From assembly GCA_036556625.1 (NCBI GenBank), contig DATBJC010000020.1:14587-78586 (forward strand): DNA of 64,000 nt, written 5' to 3'. Numbering within the stretch: position 1 is the stretch's first letter; every line of letters begins with the position of its first letter. The stretch is from Gemmatimonadales bacterium (GTDB lineage: Bacteria; Gemmatimonadota; Gemmatimonadetes; Gemmatimonadales; GWC2-71-9). The notes below the pieces were generated by a model. It was not told where the DNA came from and did not search any database. It worked only from the letters and a program-made list of their open reading frames with translations. Positions 9,179 to 17,413 of this stretch are shown here, in pieces. A program made the translations under genes and the position numbers.

Positions 9179-9657
9179 CCCAGCGCGCCGTACCCTCCCC
9201 GATAGTACAGCAGCGGGTGGCCGCCGCCGGTGGACCCGCCGATCACCCTGCCGATGATGATGGTGTGGTCGCCGCCGGGATAGCTGGCATACTGCTCGCA
9301 TTCGATGTGCGCCAGCGCGCCGTCCAGCATGACCAGCCCTTCAGGACTCCGGTGATAGCCCACACCATCGAAGCGATTCTCATGCGGGTCCGCGAACCGG
9401 CGGGACAGCGTCTCCTGCCCGCTCTCCAGGACGTTGACCACGAACACCGACGCCGCGAGAATCGCGTCGTGCAGTTCGGCCTGATGGTCGATGCATACCG
9501 ATACCAGCGGCGGCACCAAAGACACCGAGGCCAGGCTGCTGGCGGTCATCCCCAGCGGGCGGTCACCCGCGCCGTTGATGGTGAGCACGGTGACGCCGGT
9601 GGCGAACCGGCCCATGAGCTCGCGGAACTGGGCGGGGTCGACGTCGGTAGCGGTCAG
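9175..9657 (-). CDS. Flavin reductase-like (FMN-binding split-barrel) protein
   Basis: 'FRELMGRFATGVTVLT...PLGMTASSLASVSLVPPLVSVCI' is the conserved flavin-reductase core. The start is ambiguous. It is either CTG at 9657 (CTGA overlap with the upstream stop) or ATG at 9615, which would clip conserved residues. Confidence 0.78.
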   Translation of the reverse strand: MTATDVDPAQFRELMGRFATGVTVLTINGAGDRPLGMTASSLASVSLVPPLVSVCIDHQAELHDAILAASVFVVNVLESGQETLSRRFADPHENRFDGVGYHRSPEGLVMLDGALAHIECEQYASYPGGDHTIIIGRVIGGSTGGGHPLLYYRGGYGALG

Positions 9658-10892
9658 AGCAGCATCCTGGCGAGGAAGACCGGATTGAGCACCGCTCGCG
9701 CGGGCACGAAGTCGGCCGTCACCCCGACGAGCGTATGGGCGAGCCCCCGGCGGCCGAGCCGGCCGACCGCGCGGTCGAACAGCAGTGGAAACTGCATCCC
9801 GTAGCCGATCAGCCGCTCCACCGCCCACTTCCCGCCGAAGGCGCGTCGGCGGGAGCGGCGGTAGGACGCGAGGGAGACCGCCGTGACCCGTCCCGGCTCC
9901 GCCAGCGCGGGAAGCGCGGCCTCGGCCAGCAACTCGGCGCCGCGCAGCGCGCTGTAGATCCCCTCGCCGGTGAACGGATCGAAGAAGTCCGCCGCGTCTC
10001 CTACCAGCGCCGCGCCGTCGGCCGTCACCCGTCCCGACCACGCCGCGAAGGGGCCGGTCGCCAGCACCTCGCGGACCAGCCGGCCGCCGGCCACCCGCTC
10101 GCGCACTCCGGGAAACTCGCCCAGCGCGTCGAGGAAGAACTCCCGCGGCCTCCCCCTCGCGGCGCGGGCGCGGCCGGCAGGAACCACCAGGGCCACATTG
10201 GTGCGGTCCCCGCCGATCGGATTGAGCCCCAGATAGCCCCGCGGACCCACGAACATCTCCGCGTGGTCACTAGTCCCGACCACCCCGTCCAGGTGGGCGA
10301 CGAACGCCACCCGGCGGAGCACGCCGTGGCGACGCCGGCCGAGCCGCCGCCCCACCAGCGAGCGCAGGCCGTCGGCGCCGATGGTCAGCCGGGCCCGGAT
10401 GGTGCCGCGGCTATCGTCCGCCGTGCGGACCACGGCCCCCGCGATGCCCTCGGCGTCGTGCAGCAGCGTCTGCACTGCGGTGCGCTCCAGGACGACGGCT
10501 CCAGCCTGGCGCGCCGCGCAGACCAGACTCTGGTCCAGGATCCGCCGGGCAACCGAGAGGCCGGTGGGGCGGAACGGACGGTGGCCGGCGAGCGCAAAGC
10601 GGCCGTGCAGCCGTGCCCCCCGGGCGGCGGTGACCATCGTGCCGGCCAGCGGCACCGCACCGGCCGCCTCCAGCGCGCCCACCACGCCGAGCCGGTCGAG
10701 GATCCGCACCGCTTCCGGACTCATGTACTCGGAGCAGGCCTTGTCCCGGGGAAACGCGGCTCGGTCCACCACTACGACGGAGTGTCCGGCCTGGGCCAGG
10801 AGCCGACCGACGGCGCTGCCCGCCGGGCCGGCGCCTGCGACCAGCACGTCGGCCCGCGCGATCTCAGGCGATCCGCTGATACTCGAAGCCAT
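9654..10892 (-). CDS. FAD-dependent oxidoreductase, geranylgeranyl-reductase family
   Basis: It has the dinucleotide fold 'DVLVAGAGPAGSAVGRLLAQAGHSVVVVDR'. The central 'GYLGLNPIGGDRTNVALVV' and C-terminal 'LVGDAADFFDPFTGEGI' blocks are typical of GGR-type flavoproteins. Confidence 0.85.
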   Translation of the reverse strand: MASSISGSPEIARADVLVAGAGPAGSAVGRLLAQAGHSVVVVDRAAFPRDKACSEYMSPEAVRILDRLGVVGALEAAGAVPLAGTMVTAARGARLHGRFALAGHRPFRPTGLSVARRILDQSLVCAARQAGAVVLERTAVQTLLHDAEGIAGAVVRTADDSRGTIRARLTIGADGLRSLVGRRLGRRRHGVLRRVAFVAHLDGVVGTSDHAEMFVGPRGYLGLNPIGGDRTNVALVVPAGRARAARGRPREFFLDALGEFPGVRERVAGGRLVREVLATGPFAAWSGRVTADGAALVGDAADFFDPFTGEGIYSALRGAELLAEAALPALAEPGRVTAVSLASYRRSRRRAFGGKWAVERLIGYGMQFPLLFDRAVGRLGRRGLAHTLVGVTADFVPARAVLNPVFLARMLL

Positions 10893-11340
10893 CGAGAATG
10901 AGGCGGTCGGGAGAGAAGTCGGCGAAGGAATACTCGAACACCAGCGCCCCGCCGCCGAGGAAGTCGACGGTGACCTCGAAATCGCCCGCGGTGAAGGTGC
11001 AGGGCCGCTCGGTCACGCGGGGAACACCCTCGGCGAGCGATTCGATCCTGACCGTCTGAAGACAGCTGTTGTCGGGATCGAACCGCCAGGTGGTGGTCCA
11101 GGTCTGCAGGTCGCCCGGCACCTCGACCACGACCACGGTACGCCAGGTCCCGACCAGCTGCTGCGTGGGAGTGTTGCCGCTCCCGATGCCGCTGTTGTCC
11201 TCCGGCCGCTGAGTGCCGGTGGGGTCGCTGTCGCACGCCGCCGCCGGCAGGCTCAGCAACACTGCCAACGCCAGAGCGACCAGGCGGCGAGAGCCGCCGC
11301 CACGCCGGCGCAGAGATTCACCACGTCGTTGTCCAGCCAT
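10864..11340 (-). CDS. Lipoprotein with lipocalin-like beta domain
   Basis: The signal/lipobox is 'RRLVALALAVLLSLPAAAC', followed by a 'GTWR...' beta-rich domain. The only available start (ATG 11340) lies 88 nt inside the DUF92 gene. Confidence 0.55.
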   Translation of the reverse strand: MAGQRRGESLRRRGGGSRRLVALALAVLLSLPAAACDSDPTGTQRPEDNSGIGSGNTPTQQLVGTWRTVVVVEVPGDLQTWTTTWRFDPDNSCLQTVRIESLAEGVPRVTERPCTFTAGDFEVTVDFLGGGALVFEYSFADFSPDRLILDGFEYQRIA

Positions 11341-12035
11341 ACGAGACCTCCCTGGTGGGTCGTCGGTCTCCCGCAGCGATGCGTCGGCCACTCGCTCCGC
11401 TGGTCGCAGTAGGAACAGTGGAATCGGCCCTGTGCCGCGGCGCCCAGGAGGGAGTCGAGCAGCATCCCTCCGAAACCTACCAGGAACGCCGGCGGGAGCA
11501 GGGCCGGCCTGCCGGCGGTCGCCGCACCGACGGCGGCAACCAGCAGGGCCCCGAGCGCGCCGCCCGCCGAGCCGAGCAGCGTCACGCCGCCGCTGGTCCC
11601 GGGCGGGACGACGGCTCCGCCGAGGATCAGGCGGGGCGGCACCCGGCTCCTCGCGCCGAAGGCGGTAGCCCAGGTGTCCGCCGCCGCGGCCGCCAGTACC
11701 GACGTCAGCAGCCAGTGCGCCAGGGCCGGCTCGCGGAAGCCCAGCAGCGCCGCAACGGCGGCGACGCCGCCGTTGGCCAGCACCTGCCGGTGATCCCGCC
11801 GCTCTCCCTTGGGATCCAGTCCAATGGGTCGCGGCGCTCGACGGGACACCAGGTTGCTGGAGACGAAAAAGGCGGCGAGAACTCCGCCGCCTTGCCACCC
11901 GGTACCCGAGAGCACCGCCGTCCCTACCAACCCGGCCGCCACCGCACCCGACCCGGTGAGCGTGCCCGCCCGGTGCGCCAGCCATGCCGCCGCCGCAGCG
12001 ACCGCGGCCGCGACCGGGACGGTGACCGGGCTCAG
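11253..12035 (-). CDS. DUF92/TMEM19 (COG1836) integral membrane protein
   Basis: Multi-TM Gly/Ala-rich protein with 'LTGSGAVAAGLVGT' and C-terminal 'WLDNDVVNL' blocks typical of the family. The first ATG/GTG/TTG is GTG at 11942, but family-like sequence continues upstream to a CTG at 12035 (CTGA overlap). Confidence 0.68.
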   Translation of the reverse strand: MSPVTVPVAAAVAAAAAWLAHRAGTLTGSGAVAAGLVGTAVLSGTGWQGGGVLAAFFVSSNLVSRRAPRPIGLDPKGERRDHRQVLANGGVAAVAALLGFREPALAHWLLTSVLAAAAADTWATAFGARSRVPPRLILGGAVVPPGTSGGVTLLGSAGGALGALLVAAVGAATAGRPALLPPAFLVGFGGMLLDSLLGAAAQGRFHCSYCDQRSEWPTHRCGRPTTHQGGLVWLDNDVVNLCAGVAAALAAWSLWRWQCC

Positions 12036-12289
12036 CTCGGGTCCGCCTCAGCCCGAAGCAGGGCGCAGATCCGCTCGCGCAGGGCTCCCGGGCAGGTCTC
12101 CCGCCGGGCCCGCGCTTCCAGCAGCTGGACCAGGGTCTCCTCGAACTCCGCGTGGTCGAAGCAGCCCCGGCAACGGATCAGGTGATCCTGGACTTCGGCC
12201 GCCAGCTCCGGCGTCAGCTCGCGCTTCAGGTAGTCCTGAAGGCGCTCGGTGGCCTCGCGGCAGTCTATCGGTTCACCCATCCTTGCCAT
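12032..12289 (-). CDS. Zinc-binding anti-sigma factor (ZAS family, RsrA-like)
   Basis: 85 aa with the HxxxCxxC motif 'HLIRCRGC' and an upstream Cys (PIDC). It overlaps the 3' end of the ECF sigma gene. Confidence 0.75.
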   Translation of the reverse strand: MARMGEPIDCREATERLQDYLKRELTPELAAEVQDHLIRCRGCFDHAEFEETLVQLLEARARRETCPGALRERICALLRAEADPS

Positions 12290-12878
12290 TCCTCGGCTTG
12301 ATGTAGCCCATCTCCACGGCGTAGGCGTACAGCTGCGCCTGAAGGAGGCGGCGAGCCCGGAACAGCCGGGACTTCACCGTGCCGACCGGCACCTGGAGCG
12401 TGTCCGCGATCTCGGCATACCGCATTCCTTCTATGTCGCTCAATACCAGCACCTCGCGAAAATCAGGCGGTAGCGCGTCCACCGCCTCCAGCACCTTCTC
12501 GTCCACCAGCCGCCCGAAGAAGCTCCCCTCGGGGTCGGCGGACTCCACGGCGCGGTAGAGCGCGTGGGGCTCGATCGCCTCCAGGTCCATCGCCACCGGC
12601 TCCAGTTTGCGGCGCCGGTAGGAGTTGATGAACGTGTTCCGGAGGATGGTGAGGAGCCAGCCCTTGGCATTGGTGCCCGGGCGGTACTGCCGCCAGGAGC
12701 GGTACGCCTTCAGCATGGTGTCCTGCACCAGATCTTCCGCCTGCGCCGGATCCCCGGTGAGCCGGAGCGCCACCCGATACAGCGCATCGAGATGGGGCAG
12801 CGCCTCTTCATCGAACGAGCGCACGGAGGCGGTGGAAGGCTCGGCCATGTGGGAATGTTCCGGGCCCTCCATCCCCAA
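12273..12878 (-). CDS. ECF-type RNA polymerase sigma-70 factor
   Basis: Region 2 is '[14 protein letters not shown]...[13 protein letters not shown]'. Region 4 is '[32 protein letters not shown]'. Candidate starts are at 12878 (TTG), 12872 and 12848. Confidence 0.9.
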   Translation of the reverse strand: MGMEGPEHSHMAEPSTASVRSFDEEALPHLDALYRVALRLTGDPAQAEDLVQDTMLKAYRSWRQYRPGTNAKGWLLTILRNTFINSYRRRKLEPVAMDLEAIEPHALYRAVESADPEGSFFGRLVDEKVLEAVDALPPDFREVLVLSDIEGMRYAEIADTLQVPVGTVKSRLFRARRLLQAQLYAYAVEMGYIKPRNGKDG

Positions 12879-12893
12879 CGCAAGGACCCCTGG

Positions 12894-12922
12894 TTAGCAG
12901 TTTGGGGCCTCACTATGTTCCC
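12894..12922 (-). promoter_or_regulatory. Candidate ECF-type (autoregulated) promoter
   Basis: The minus strand reads GGGAAC-N18-GCTAA just upstream of the sigma gene, which resembles the GGAAC...TCTRA architecture of ECF promoters. Confidence 0.3.
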
Positions 12923-12933
12923 GCCGACCATCC

Positions 12934-13563
12934 GTGTCCACAACACCCGCGGTTCCCGCGCTCATTCCACTGAGCCTGCTGGAGGCCATCCGGAATCTCG
13001 ACACTCCCGTCGAGGACGGTCTGGATGAGCTGGCCGGCGAGATCGCCGTGCGCCGGCTGGGCCTGAGCCCGACCGTGGCGGCGCAGATTCAGCGCTACCG
13101 TCAGGCCACCGAGCGGGACAGCTCGGTGGATGCGGACGAGGCGATCTCGGTGATCCGCCTGGTGGGCCGGCGTTCCGATGCGCAACTCGCCTTTGCCGAC
13201 GCCGGCCGCCGGGCCGCCCGCTATGCCAGCCGGGTGCACGCCCGGCCGGCGTGGACCCTCTCCAGCGCCACCACCCGGGGGCTGACCCGGCGGCTGGCGC
13301 AACGCTCGGCCAGCCAGCTCGCGCGCCGGGTGTTCGCCAGCGAGCTGCGGCCGGCGGACCATGGAGTCCAGGTGCGGATGGCGGACCCGCTCTCGGTCCG
13401 CGCGCTGCCCGACGGATCGGCCTGCGCCTTCTACGGCGCGGCCTACGGCGAGCTGCTCCGCAGGCTCACCGGCTTCGAGGGGGCCATGCTGCACCAGCGG
13501 TGCAAGGGGCAGGGACAGGACGCGTGCGTGTGGGAGAGTGCGGCGGCGGTGGTGTATGAATGA
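12934..13563 (+). CDS. V4R (4-vinyl-reductase-like) domain protein
   Basis: The C-terminal 'GSACAFYGAAYGELLRRLTGFEGAMLHQRCKGQGQDACVWE' matches the Cys-containing V4R small-molecule-binding pattern. It is divergent from the sigma gene and has a GTG start. Confidence 0.5.
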   Translation: MSTTPAVPALIPLSLLEAIRNLDTPVEDGLDELAGEIAVRRLGLSPTVAAQIQRYRQATERDSSVDADEAISVIRLVGRRSDAQLAFADAGRRAARYASRVHARPAWTLSSATTRGLTRRLAQRSASQLARRVFASELRPADHGVQVRMADPLSVRALPDGSACAFYGAAYGELLRRLTGFEGAMLHQRCKGQGQDACVWESAAAVVYE

Positions 13564-13754
13564 CGGCGGACCGGCGCCGGCGGTAGGCCGGCTCCGAGAC
13601 CGAGGAAGCTCCGGCGCTCGGGCCAAGGAGAGCCGAGTGATCGAGGAGTAAACGTTCCGCCGTTCCGCCGTCCCGCCGTGTTCCATCGGGCAACCGGCTC
13701 GGTTTCAGAGAGTTACGTGACGATTTGCGACGCGTGGCGAGTGGTCAGATCTGC

Positions 13755-13783
13755 TTGACACCCAATTTTGGGCGCTCCATATT
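13755..13783 (+). promoter_or_regulatory. Sigma-70-like promoter candidate for the surface module
   Basis: TTGACA (13755-13760), a 17-nt spacer, then CATATT (13778-13783). It sits in a locally AT-rich patch about 190 nt upstream of the 13973 start. Confidence 0.35.
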
Positions 13784-13972
13784 ATCGAGCCGACCGGGCC
13801 GCGGTCGCGTCTTATCCACTGTGTTGCATCGGACTTGGCCGTCCCATCGATGCACATGAACATCCCACAGTTCCCGCATTCCGCAGCAGGGCAGTGATCG
13901 CCCTGGGGAGGCGCATGCTCCCCGTCGGCAAATCGCAGTACCGGTAGGTTCACGCCTCTGGAGGACGTACAC

Positions 13973-16900
13973 ATGAAGGTAAGCCATGTCAGCGCCTTCG
14001 GCCGCGCTGCGCGAATTATCGCGCTCGCGGCAGTCACGCTCTGTACCGGAGCCACGGCGCTCCTCGGACAGGGCTCGACTGGTAAGATCGAAGGTCGGGT
14101 CCGCGATCAAGCAGGAGCACCCATCGCCAACGCCCAAGTCATCATCGTCGGAACCGCCTTCAACGCGCAGACCAATCCCCAAGGTTACTACTTCGTCAAC
14201 AACGTTCCCGCCGGCACCATCTCCGTTCGCGCCGCCTTCATCGGATACAAGTCCACCCAGGTGGACGGGGTGAAGGTGTTGGCCGGCCAGACCGGCACGG
14301 TGGACATCCAGCTGGAACAGACCGCCGTCGAGATCCAGGAGATCACGGTGGTCACCCAGACGCAGCCGCTGGTGCCGCGCGACGAAGTGACCTCCAAGCA
14401 GCGGATCGACGGCGTGTTCACCGACAACCTGCCGGTGGACCGGCTGAACAACGTCCTGGCCCTCCAGCCGGGCGTGGTGGCCAGCCCGACCTCCAACACC
14501 CTCTCGATCCGGGGTGGCCGCACCGACGAAGCGGTGACCTACGTGGACGGCGTGCCGGTGTCGCCGGGATTCCGGGGCTTCGGCTTTGCCACCTCGCTCG
14601 GCACCCAGATCGCGGTCGGCACCAACGGCCTGGAAGAGGCCTCGGTGACCACCGGGTCGTCTTCGGCGGAGTTCGGCAACGCACAGTCGGGCATCATCTC
14701 GGTCCAGACCCGCGGCGGTGGGGCCGAATACACCGGCAACTTCGGGTTCGAGAGCGACGAGCCGTTCGGTGTCTCGAGCGGATACGGCTTCAACCGGTTC
14801 CAGGGCAGCATCGGCGGCCCGATCCGGGGCAACCTGGGCTTCTTCGTCTCGGCGGCACTCGAGGGACAGGCCTCGGTGGCCACCGGGTTCGACGCCGACA
14901 AGTCGCCGATGTTCGTGCAGGCCGGCATCGACACCGTCGTGGCGGTGCCCTCCGCGGTGGGCGATCCCACGGCCGACACCACCCAGGTCCCGGTGTTCAA
15001 CCACGCGGTGTTCCGGGGCAACTGCGATGATTTCTCGAGCAGTGCCAATCCGGACATCGCCAACAACTACGGCCTGGACTGCCAGGGGATCCGCACGCCG
15101 TACTCGCCGCGGACCACCTACAACCTCCAGGGCAAGCTGAACTACACCTATGGCACCGGCTCCCGGATCTCGCTCACCGGGCTGGCCAGTCAGTTCCAGG
15201 GCCGCACCTTCGTGCAGAACCGGGCCCTGATCGGCCAGGTGCTCACCTACGGCAACCTGTACAATCCCGACGGCCTGCTGGGCTTCCGCAACTGGAGCCG
15301 CAACCTGACGCTCAGCTGGACCCAGAACCTCAGCAAATCGGCCGAGCGGGCGCTGGCGCTGGAGACCTACCTCTCCTACCAGCAGGACAACACCCTCTCC
15401 GGCCCGATGACCCGCCAGGGAGAGCTCGACAGCCGGGATCCGTTCGGCGGCTTCCTCATCGCCCCGATCGATCACCTGTGGAACTTCGACAACTTCCCGA
15501 TCGACAACCGGCTGATCAACAACTTCCGGCTCAACGTGGCCGGCAGCCGGCGCACGCCGCTGGATCTGGAGAACCGCGCGCAGTACGCGGCGGTGGACGC
15601 GTTCCGGAACAACGCGTATGCGGCCTACAACCGGGGCTCCGACGGCGGCGACCTCCAGTTCTTCGAGAGCGGGATCGGCGGCCTGACCAATACCCGGCTC
15701 AACATGTATAAGGAAGACCGCTACATCGGGAAGGCGAACCTGGACTGGCAGGTGGACCGCTTCAACCGGGTCAAGCTCGGTGGTGAGTTCACCCGCTACG
15801 GCATCAAGGCGTACTCGCACTTCCTCGACGACCAGATCTTCGCCGAGGCGTACAGCGAGCGGCCGATCCGCTGGAACGCGTTCGTCGAGGACCGGCTCGA
15901 CCTGGGCGACGTGGTCCTGGTCGGCGGCCTGCGGTACGACTATTACAACAGCCGCGCGTTCCGGCCCACCTTCCCGGCGATCAGCTCCCACCCGGTGTTC
16001 GTGGAGCAGGGGGCGGAGGCCTTCTTCAGCGATCCGACCCTGTGGAAGAAGGACGAGAGCCACGACTATATCAGCCCGCACGTGCAGGTGTCGTTCCCGG
16101 TGACCGACCGGACCAACTTCCGGCTGAGCTACGCCCACCAGGTGCAGGTGCCCGACTTCGCGCTGGTGTTCAACAGCATCAACACCGACGTGAACCTGAG
16201 CAACACCAATACCGTGTTCGGCTCCGACCTCGATTTCGGCAAGACCATCACCTTCGAGTTCGGCATCCGGCACGCGTTCAGCGACGACATGGTGCTCGAC
16301 ATCGCGGCGTACAACAAGGACAACCTGTCCAACGCCGCCGGGCGCCTGGTCTCGCAGCTCGACCCGACCTCGGGGCAGAACACCAACATCAAGACGACCA
16401 CCAACGCCGACTTCGGCAATACCCGGGGCATCGACCTCCGTCTCGACCGCCGCTTCGGCAACCTGTTCAACGGCACCCTGGCCTACACCTTCCAGGACGC
16501 CAAGAACACCGGCTCCGACCCGGAGACCTACATCGACTTCGGCTCCCGAGTGCTGAACGCGCTCGCCGGCGGCCTCCAGCCGCCACCGCAGGCGATCCTG
16601 CCGACCGACTTCAGCCGTCCCCACACCCTGGCGGCTGCGGCATCACTCAGCTTCCCGCGCGACTGGCAGGAGGGCACGGCAATCGGATCCATCCTCCGGG
16701 ATGCCGGTGTATTCGCCACCTTCCGGTATGCCAGCGGCACGCCGTACACCCGTTGCAATCCGGGCATCGAAGACATGGGCATCGTGTCCGGTGACAACTG
16801 CGACCGGGAGTTCCCCGAGGGGCTCAACGGCTCGCGGCTGCCGGCGTTCCGGGTGCTCGATCTCCGTCTCACCAAGGGCTTCGCGCTGGGCGGGATGGAC

Positions 16901-17332
16901 CTCACCGCCTATCTCGATGCCCGCAACGTGCTGAACTTCCGGAACATCATCCAGGTCTTCACCCAGACCGACGACATCGTCAACGAGTTTGAGCGCGAGA
17001 ACCAGTTCGCCGGCAACCTGGAGGACAACCTGAATGAGGCGGAACGCTCGGGCGTTCCGGTCGACGGGGACAACACCATCGACCTCTCGTTCGGCGGGAT
17101 CGACGATCCGCGACAGGGCTGCGGCAACTGGGTGACCGAGGACGGTGACCCCGCGGCGCCGAACTGCGTGTACCTGATCCGGGCCGAGGAGCGGTGGGGC
17201 AACGGCGACCACCTGTTCACCGAGGACGAGCAGCGCGCCGCCTCCGACGCGTTGTACAACACGATCCGGGGAACTCAGAACTTCACCGGCGAGCCGCGCC
17301 GGATGCGGGTCGGCTTCGAGTTGAACTTCTAA
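13973..17332 (+). CDS. TonB-dependent-receptor-like outer-membrane barrel with N-terminal CarboxypepD_reg domain
   Basis: It has a signal peptide and 'GKIEGRVRDQAGAPIANAQVIIVGT...TNPQGYYFVNNVPAG' (CarboxypepD_reg). A plug-like 'LQPGVVAS...LSIRGGRTDEAVTYVDGVPV' follows. The long beta-barrel ends with the terminal 'VGFELNF'. Confidence 0.85.
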   Translation: MKVSHVSAFGRAARIIALAAVTLCTGATALLGQGSTGKIEGRVRDQAGAPIANAQVIIVGTAFNAQTNPQGYYFVNNVPAGTISVRAAFIGYKSTQVDGVKVLAGQTGTVDIQLEQTAVEIQEITVVTQTQPLVPRDEVTSKQRIDGVFTDNLPVDRLNNVLALQPGVVASPTSNTLSIRGGRTDEAVTYVDGVPVSPGFRGFGFATSLGTQIAVGTNGLEEASVTTGSSSAEFGNAQSGIISVQTRGGGAEYTGNFGFESDEPFGVSSGYGFNRFQGSIGGPIRGNLGFFVSAALEGQASVATGFDADKSPMFVQAGIDTVVAVPSAVGDPTADTTQVPVFNHAVFRGNCDDFSSSANPDIANNYGLDCQGIRTPYSPRTTYNLQGKLNYTYGTGSRISLTGLASQFQGRTFVQNRALIGQVLTYGNLYNPDGLLGFRNWSRNLTLSWTQNLSKSAERALALETYLSYQQDNTLSGPMTRQGELDSRDPFGGFLIAPIDHLWNFDNFPIDNRLINNFRLNVAGSRRTPLDLENRAQYAAVDAFRNNAYAAYNRGSDGGDLQFFESGIGGLTNTRLNMYKEDRYIGKANLDWQVDRFNRVKLGGEFTRYGIKAYSHFLDDQIFAEAYSERPIRWNAFVEDRLDLGDVVLVGGLRYDYYNSRAFRPTFPAISSHPVFVEQGAEAFFSDPTLWKKDESHDYISPHVQVSFPVTDRTNFRLSYAHQVQVPDFALVFNSINTDVNLSNTNTVFGSDLDFGKTITFEFGIRHAFSDDMVLDIAAYNKDNLSNAAGRLVSQLDPTSGQNTNIKTTTNADFGNTRGIDLRLDRRFGNLFNGTLAYTFQDAKNTGSDPETYIDFGSRVLNALAGGLQPPPQAILPTDFSRPHTLAAAASLSFPRDWQEGTAIGSILRDAGVFATFRYASGTPYTRCNPGIEDMGIVSGDNCDREFPEGLNGSRLPAFRVLDLRLTKGFALGGMDLTAYLDARNVLNFRNIIQVFTQTDDIVNEFERENQFAGNLEDNLNEAERSGVPVDGDNTIDLSFGGIDDPRQGCGNWVTEDGDPAAPNCVYLIRAEERWGNGDHLFTEDEQRAASDALYNTIRGTQNFTGEPRRMRVGFELNF

Positions 17333-17413
17333 CCATCAGTCGAAGGGCCGCCGGCCGGTCCCGAAGTCCGGGGCCGTCCGGCCGGCTCAGCACTTCCTTC
17401 CCACGAGGCTGCG

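Noticed and set aside
13784-13972. Cobalamin or other riboswitch upstream of the TonB-type receptor.
   Set aside because: I could not find the B12-box or other core consensus elements by eye. It is retained only as an unexplained long leader, and an Infernal scan is needed.
13745-16624. 959-aa ORF on the minus strand, antisense to the TonB-type receptor gene.
   Set aside because: It is a shadow ORF typical of about 70% GC DNA. It is Arg/Gly/Val/Glu-rich and low-complexity with no recognisable domain. It is fully overlapped by a plus-strand gene that has strong family signatures and a proper signal peptide and C-terminal Phe.
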